A stretch of DNA of 64,000 nt from a bacterium (GTDB lineage Bacteria > JAAXHH01): contig OZ245326.1 of NCBI GenBank assembly GCA_965225915.1, positions 3,393,439 through 3,457,438 of the forward strand, read 5' to 3'. Position numbers and translations under genes: made by a program. The notes below the pieces were generated by a model that saw nothing but the letters and a program-made list of their open reading frames with translations, did no database searches and was not told the DNA's origin. Shown here piece by piece: positions 58,801 to 64,000 of this stretch (positions are counted from its first letter, which is position 1; every line of letters begins with the position of its first letter).

Positions 58801-60171
58801 TTATCTTTTCGACTGGCCCTGAGCCATTGAAAGATCCCGGATCGTGGTTTCGAAAAGCGTATCCAGCGTGGATCTGATGGCGTCGATCCTGAGACGCCTG
58901 ATCAGGTCGGCCGCGAACCCGTACGTGAGGAGGTGGCATGCGCTGCCGTAGGACAGGCCGCGGGTTCGCAGGTAGAAGATCTGGTCTTCGTCGAGCTGTC
59001 CCACGGTGGCGCCGTGGGTGCATTTCACCTGGTCCGCGTAGATTTCGAGTTGCGGCTTGGTGTGTATTATTGCCTCGGGTGAAAGCATCAGGTTCTTGTT
59101 CAACTGCTTGGCGTCCGTTTCCTGGGCATCCTGGTGGACCAACACCTTTCCGTTGAACACGCCGCGGGACCGGCCTTCCAGTATGCCCTTGTACACTTCG
59201 TAGCTGTCGCAATTCGGCACGGCGTGGTCAATGGCGGTGTGATTGTCTACATGCTGGTCGCCGGTAACCAGGTACAGCCCGTTCATGCGTACCACCGCGT
59301 GTTCCCCGGCGAGCCAGGCGTTCGTATCGTTGCGGGTCAGCGCGGCGCCCATGCTCATGTTGAAGGTGGAAATATAGCCGTTCCCCTCCAGGTGCAGCTG
59401 GGTGGTGGACAGGTGTGCAGCCCCCGCTCCTTCCCGGTTGATCCGGTAGTGGTCCACGTGCCCGTCTCTTCCCACGGATATCTCCGTTACGGCGTTGGTC
59501 AGGTAACGCTGGTCGGAAATTCCGGTATAGCTTTCGATTACCTTCAAGTTCGCGCCGTCACCGGCCGCGACGAGGGTTCGAGGCTGCGTGGCTACCGGCG
59601 TTTCACAGCCGGTCGTGATGTAGTGCACGTGTATCGGAGTCTCCAAGACCCCGCCCCGCGGCACGTAAACGAAAAGCCCGTCCTCGAATAGGGCCGTGTT
59701 CAACGCCGTCAGCCCGGAGTGTTCGACATCGGCATATCGCGCCAGGTGCGGATGAACAAGCTCAGGATGGTCGGCAAGCGCATCGGAAAGGCGGCTCACC
59801 ACGACGCCCTGGGGCAAGTCCGAGATCCGCGACAGTGCGGGCGAATAAACACCGTTCACGATAACCAGCCGGTGCCAATCGTTGCTACCAAATTCATAGG
59901 GTGAGAGCGCGGTCTCATTCAACTCCGCTTCAATCGGTTCGGCATGGTACGGGGTGTCCGCGATCGTTCTAAGGTCGGTGTATATCCAGTCTTCCTTTAA
60001 CGGGAAGGAAAGCTCGCGGGCGACCGGCATTCCGAGTTCGGTGAAGTGCTTCATGGCTTCCGAACGAATCCGGTGCAACCAGAGCGGCGCATCCTTGGAC
60101 CTTATGCGATCGAAGGCGTCATAGAACGTGTTGTACCGGCTTGTAGACAGGTGTTTCAATGCTTCCGTCAT
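58801..60171 (-). CDS. sufD: Fe-S cluster assembly protein SufD
   Basis: 456 aa with SufB/D beta-helix family sequence. It lacks the SufB Cys/N-terminal features. Confidence 0.85.
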   Translation of the reverse strand: MTEALKHLSTSRYNTFYDAFDRIRSKDAPLWLHRIRSEAMKHFTELGMPVARELSFPLKEDWIYTDLRTIADTPYHAEPIEAELNETALSPYEFGSNDWHRLVIVNGVYSPALSRISDLPQGVVVSRLSDALADHPELVHPHLARYADVEHSGLTALNTALFEDGLFVYVPRGGVLETPIHVHYITTGCETPVATQPRTLVAAGDGANLKVIESYTGISDQRYLTNAVTEISVGRDGHVDHYRINREGAGAAHLSTTQLHLEGNGYISTFNMSMGAALTRNDTNAWLAGEHAVVRMNGLYLVTGDQHVDNHTAIDHAVPNCDSYEVYKGILEGRSRGVFNGKVLVHQDAQETDAKQLNKNLMLSPEAIIHTKPQLEIYADQVKCTHGATVGQLDEDQIFYLRTRGLSYGSACHLLTYGFAADLIRRLRIDAIRSTLDTLFETTIRDLSMAQGQSKR

Positions 60172-60199
60172 TTCGTGTTCCTATTCTCCCTGGTTTGAT

Positions 60200-60964
60200 T
60201 CAACCCACGGCTTCCACTTCCTCGCGAATCCACTCATAGCCCTTATCTTCCAGTTTGAGGGCCAAGTCCTTCATTCCAGTCTTTACAATCCGTCCCTGGT
60301 ACATGACGTGAACATAGTCCGGCACAACATAGTCCAGCAATCGCTGGTAGTGGGTGATGACGATCATCGCGTTGTCCCCGGTGCGCTGTTGGTTGATCCC
60401 GCCGGCCACGATTCTCATGGCGTCGATATCCAGTCCTGAATCCGTTTCGTCCAGAATGGAGAGCGTCGGCTCCAGGACGGCCATGTGGAAGATCTCGTTG
60501 CGTTTCTTCTCGCCCCCGGAGAAGTCTTCATTCACGGGCCGCTTGGCCAACTCGGGATCCATGTCTACCTGTTTCATCTTCTCGTTCATGAACCGGCGGA
60601 ACGCACCGGCGCTCATTTCCGGTTCGCCGCGGTACTTCCGGCGTTCGTTCAGCGCCGCACGCAAAAAGTAGGCGTTACTGACGCCGGGGATCTCGACGGG
60701 GTATTGAAAGGCCAGGAACATGCCTTCGTTGGCTCGCTCCTCGGGGTTTAGTTCGAAGAGGTCCTTGCCCTGGAATTGCACCGTGCCCCCGGTCTGCCCG
60801 TATTCCTCGTGGCCGGCCAGGATTTTGCCCAGCGTGCTCTTGCCGGAGCCGTTGGGTCCCATGATCGCGTGAACCTCGCCCCTGTTGATGGTCAGGTCGA
60901 TCCCGTTGATGATGTCCTGGTCCTTGATGCCGCCACGCAGATTCTTGATTTCTAGTAGTGCCAT
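60200..60964 (-). CDS. sufC: Fe-S cluster assembly ATPase SufC
   Basis: Walker A GPNGSGKST, ABC signature FSGGEKKR, Walker B ILDETDSGLD. Confidence 0.95.
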   Translation of the reverse strand: MALLEIKNLRGGIKDQDIINGIDLTINRGEVHAIMGPNGSGKSTLGKILAGHEEYGQTGGTVQFQGKDLFELNPEERANEGMFLAFQYPVEIPGVSNAYFLRAALNERRKYRGEPEMSAGAFRRFMNEKMKQVDMDPELAKRPVNEDFSGGEKKRNEIFHMAVLEPTLSILDETDSGLDIDAMRIVAGGINQQRTGDNAMIVITHYQRLLDYVVPDYVHVMYQGRIVKTGMKDLALKLEDKGYEWIREEVEAVG

Positions 60965-61021
60965 CTTACCTGGTATCTCCCGTTGTGATTAAAAGACGAT
61001 TCCATGACCGCCTGTGCTGTG

Positions 61022-62455
61022 TTAACCCACGCTTCCTTCTAGACTGATCCCCAGTAGTTTCTTGGCCTCCACGGCGAATTCCATCGGCAGTTCCTGGAAC
61101 ACTTCCCTGCAGAACCCGTTGATGATCATGGAAATGGCGTCTTCGGTGGATATTCCCCGGGTCTTGCAGTAGAAGAGCTGGTCTTCGCTGATCCGGGCCG
61201 TCGACGCTTCATGCTCCACGTTCGCAGTGTTATTGCCCACGTCGATGTAGGGAAACGTATGGGCGCCGCAGCGGTCGCCAATGAGCATCGAGTCGCACTG
61301 GGTGTAGTTCCGGGCCCCGTCCGCCTTCTTCAGTACCTGGATGCGCCCCCGGTAGACATTCTGACCGTTTCCGGCCGAGATGCCCTTTGATACTACCGTG
61401 CTGCGCGTGTTCTTCCCCACGTGGGTCATCTTGGTTCCCGTATCGGCCACCTGCTTGTTGCGGGTCAGCGCCACGGAATAGAATTCGCCGACGGAGTGGT
61501 CGCCCTGCAGGATCACGCTGGGATACTTCCAGGTAATGGCGGAACCCGTTTCGACCTGCGTCCAGGATATCTTGGCGTTGTCCCCCTTGCAGGCCCCGCG
61601 CTTGGTTACGAAGTTGTATACGCCACCCTTGCCTTCTTCATTTCCAGGATACCAGTTCTGCACCGTGGAATACTTGATCTGGGCGTCTTTCAGTGCGATC
61701 AGTTCGACGACCGCCGCGTGCAGTTGGTTCTCGTCCCGCATGGGCGCGGTGCAGCCTTCCAGGTAGCTGACATAGGATCCCTCGTCGGCGATGATCAGCG
61801 TGCGCTCGAACTGTCCCGTCCCGGCCGTGTTGATGCGGAAGTAAGTGGACAGTTCCATGGGACATCGGACGCCGGGCGGTATGTAGCAGAAGGATCCGTC
61901 GCTGAAGACGGCCGAGTTCAGCGACGCGAAGTAGTTGTCCCGGTAGGGCACCACGGTACCCAGGTACTTCTCCACCAGGTCGGGATGTTCCTGAGCCGCC
62001 TCCGAAAAGGAACAGAAGATGATGCCCAGTTCCGCCAGCTTGTCCTTGAAGGTCGTATGCACCGACACGCTGTCGAAAACCGCGTCAACTGCGACGCCCG
62101 CAAGCATCTTTTGTTCGTCCAGCGGAATACCGAGCTTGGTGTAAGTCTCCAGCAACTCCGGGTCCACTTCGTCCAGACTGTTGTACTGCGGCGTGTTCTT
62201 GGGCGCGGCATAGCACACGATGTTCTGGTAATCGATCGGAGGATAGGCCATGTACTGCCAATTGGGTTCCTTCATCTTGAGCCAGTGGCGGTACGCCTTC
62301 AAACGCCATTCCAGCAGGAACTCGGGTTCGTTCTTCTTGGCGGATATAAATCGGACAATATCCTCGTTGATCCCCGGCGGCGCCGTTTCCATTTCGATAT
62401 CGGTCACCCAGCCTTCTTTGTATTCCTGCTGAGCTAAAGTCTCAATGGCTTCCAT
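61022..62455 (-). CDS. sufB: Fe-S cluster assembly scaffold SufB
   Basis: 477 aa, highly conserved SufB sequence throughout. Confidence 0.95.
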   Translation of the reverse strand: MEAIETLAQQEYKEGWVTDIEMETAPPGINEDIVRFISAKKNEPEFLLEWRLKAYRHWLKMKEPNWQYMAYPPIDYQNIVCYAAPKNTPQYNSLDEVDPELLETYTKLGIPLDEQKMLAGVAVDAVFDSVSVHTTFKDKLAELGIIFCSFSEAAQEHPDLVEKYLGTVVPYRDNYFASLNSAVFSDGSFCYIPPGVRCPMELSTYFRINTAGTGQFERTLIIADEGSYVSYLEGCTAPMRDENQLHAAVVELIALKDAQIKYSTVQNWYPGNEEGKGGVYNFVTKRGACKGDNAKISWTQVETGSAITWKYPSVILQGDHSVGEFYSVALTRNKQVADTGTKMTHVGKNTRSTVVSKGISAGNGQNVYRGRIQVLKKADGARNYTQCDSMLIGDRCGAHTFPYIDVGNNTANVEHEASTARISEDQLFYCKTRGISTEDAISMIINGFCREVFQELPMEFAVEAKKLLGISLEGSVG

Positions 62456-62488
62456 TTCTACTCCTTGAAACGCGGTGAAGTCGCCGTG

Positions 62489-63007
62489 TCAACGGCAGTT
62501 CTTGTTACTGTCTTGTATCGACTGTTCCAGAAGCGCATCATGCGACACGTGCTCCATGAGGCCTAGGACCTGCGATTCCTCCTGGAGCAGGTCCACAAGC
62601 GTAATGTGGTCGAGCATGTTCGAGAGGTAACGTGCCACGATCGTCCAGACCGGCCGGATTCCGCAGGCGTCCAGGTGCACGCACACGTCGAGCTGGCCGG
62701 GAAAATGATCGCACATATGACTCTGTGGACTGGTCAGGACTACACCTTCTTCGTTGCTCAGCGCACGCATGACTTCGCCCAAGGCAATGGTTTGCGGTTC
62801 CCTCGACAGCGCGTAGCCGCCCTTGATTCCCCGAACGCTTCGGACCAGGTCCGCCCGCCTGAGAATCATCAACAACTTCGAGACGTAATCCAGGGAAAGT
62901 CCCTCCGACTCGGCGATTTGCCGGCCAGTGACAGGTACGCTCGTAAAATATCGGGCCAGTTGCAGAATACACCGAAGTCCGTATTCTTCCTGAGCTGTAA
63001 CTTTCAT
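62489..63007 (-). CDS. Rrf2-family transcriptional regulator (IscR/SufR-like, 3-Cys cluster ligands)
   Basis: N-terminal wHTH (LRCILQLARY...VSKLLMILRRADLVRSVRGIKGGY) and a Cys-rich C-terminus (MCDHFPGQLDVCVHLDAC). It is the first gene of the suf operon. Confidence 0.85.
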   Translation of the reverse strand: MKVTAQEEYGLRCILQLARYFTSVPVTGRQIAESEGLSLDYVSKLLMILRRADLVRSVRGIKGGYALSREPQTIALGEVMRALSNEEGVVLTSPQSHMCDHFPGQLDVCVHLDACGIRPVWTIVARYLSNMLDHITLVDLLQEESQVLGLMEHVSHDALLEQSIQDSNKNCR

Positions 63008-63052
63008 GCTGGCATCTCCCTTGCGTGATATTTACCTACGTGAATATAACAA

Positions 63053-63072
63053 ACTTGACTTAATTGTCAAGT
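63053..63072. promoter_or_regulatory. perfect 20-bp palindrome ACTTGACTTAATTGTCAAGT, candidate Rrf2 operator / suf promoter element
   Basis: Directly seen ~45 nt upstream of the Rrf2 start codon (minus strand), in AT-rich promoter DNA. It is the only perfect palindrome of this length in the spacer. Confidence 0.5.
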
Positions 63073-63260
63073 ATTAAATCCTCCACATACCAACGAGGGT
63101 GTTACGTGCAAATTTCGTGTTGCAACAATACGTCCATCTTCCGAATTCAGACGTGAGATTCCGGGATCTATCTCCTTGACATATACGGTACCCTTTCTGT
63201 ACAGTCGATTCAGTACCCCTAACAACAACCATTGATGAATTTCGGGACCTGTTAACACTG

Positions 63261-64000
63261 ATGCCGAAACTTTATGATGTGCGCCTGTTCCCTGGTACCA
63301 AGTCTGTCAACGCAGTGACGGGACAAGGCTACTTTCCGGTCATTACCCGCCTCTGTGGTAACGAATTGCTGCTGGTTTACCGGGGAGGCGCCGGACACGT
63401 GGGCGTGGGAGGCCGGCTTGACACGGGTCGGTCAGGGGACGGAGGCCTGACATGGTCGTCGCCGGTCACGGTGGCCGACAGCGAACGGGACGACCGCAAC
63501 CCGGCCATGGGCATCGCTCCGGACGGTACGTTGGTACTCGCCTACCACTGGCAGGGTTCCTACGACGACGAGGGCGCCTGGAAACCGGAACTGGGCAGGG
63601 CCGATACCCGGGTCGTTTTCTCCAATGACGGCGGCCATACCTGGTTCGACGACGAACTCATCGATTTCACCCCGATAAACGGGGCTTCACCCTTCGGGAA
63701 GATATTTTCCTCCGAAGGTGTGGTGCACATGCTGATCTATGGCGGTTCTCCCGCATGTGAACCCGGCGAGGACACGGTTCACGTCGGTAATGCATCGACA
63801 CCAACGTACATCCTCAGGTCCAGGGACAACGGGCGATCGTGGGGAGATCCGACCCTGGTAGCGCTGGGATTGAACGAGTCGGACGTAACCATCCTTCCCG
63901 ATGGCCGCTGGTTGTTTGTCGCCCGTTCGGAGGACCGTGCTGAACTGGCCATTTATTCCTGCATATCGGAGGACCGCGGCTACACCTGGCGCCGGATCGG
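63261..64000 (+). CDS. BNR/Asp-box repeat glycoside hydrolase (exo-alpha-sialidase-like), 3'-partial
   Basis: Four Asp-box repeats SxDxGxTW (SGDGGLTW, SNDGGHTW, SRDNGRSW, SEDRGYTW). The gene is open to the window end and therefore absent from the ORF track. Confidence 0.75.
   Translation, partial: MPKLYDVRLFPGTKSVNAVTGQGYFPVITRLCGNELLLVYRGGAGHVGVGGRLDTGRSGDGGLTWSSPVTVADSERDDRNPAMGIAPDGTLVLAYHWQGSYDDEGAWKPELGRADTRVVFSNDGGHTWFDDELIDFTPINGASPFGKIFSSEGVVHMLIYGGSPACEPGEDTVHVGNASTPTYILRSRDNGRSWGDPTLVALGLNESDVTILPDGRWLFVARSEDRAELAIYSCISEDRGYTWRRI

Overview
This is a 64 kb, high-GC (~60%) bacterial chromosomal segment. Nearly every gene is housekeeping, transport or metabolic. No rRNA, tRNA, CRISPR, transposase or integrase was seen. 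The six-frame ORF track omits ORFs that run off the window edge and ORFs shorter than about 60 aa. It also accepts GTG/TTG starts, shown as M.

Main contents, in window order:
- A low-GC (~42%) 5'-partial KAP-family P-loop NTPase at the left edge. Its composition suggests it was horizontally acquired.
- glnS, an AAA ATPase, and a SAM methyltransferase interrupted by an in-frame amber codon.
- A same-strand transporter block: sugar ABC system, a 51-aa peptide gene missing from the track, DUF3311 plus a sodium:solute symporter, and an Ala/Gly:cation symporter.
- A tightly packed plus-strand cluster of Gfo/Idh/MocA oxidoreductase, MmsA, DUF362 and a bacterial indoleamine 2,3-dioxygenase (IDO) homologue. 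I consider this the most novel candidate system.
- ispH followed by a 19-bp x ~6 tandem repeat.
- Cell-division and envelope genes: yggS-yggT-divIVA, PNP, ylyA-like, lspA, rluD.
- comM, and an aminotransferase paired with an acetoacetate-decarboxylase-like gene.
- An RND efflux operon.
- A decayed circularly-permuted ATP-grasp/transglutaminase operon next to a frameshifted hydrolase.
- A metal island: a CxC permease with a His-rich loop and a fused SPFH fragment, a ZIP transporter, and a CopA-like ATPase.
- A histidine kinase with a periplasmic binding protein, coupled to an RsbW / response-regulator-PP2C / STAS partner-switching module.
- Two divergent PhyH dioxygenases.
- An Rrf2-sufBCD-sufT-sufS operon with a perfect 20-bp palindromic operator.
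- A 3'-partial BNR sialidase.

Coordinates I derived by hand may be off by 1-2 nt.
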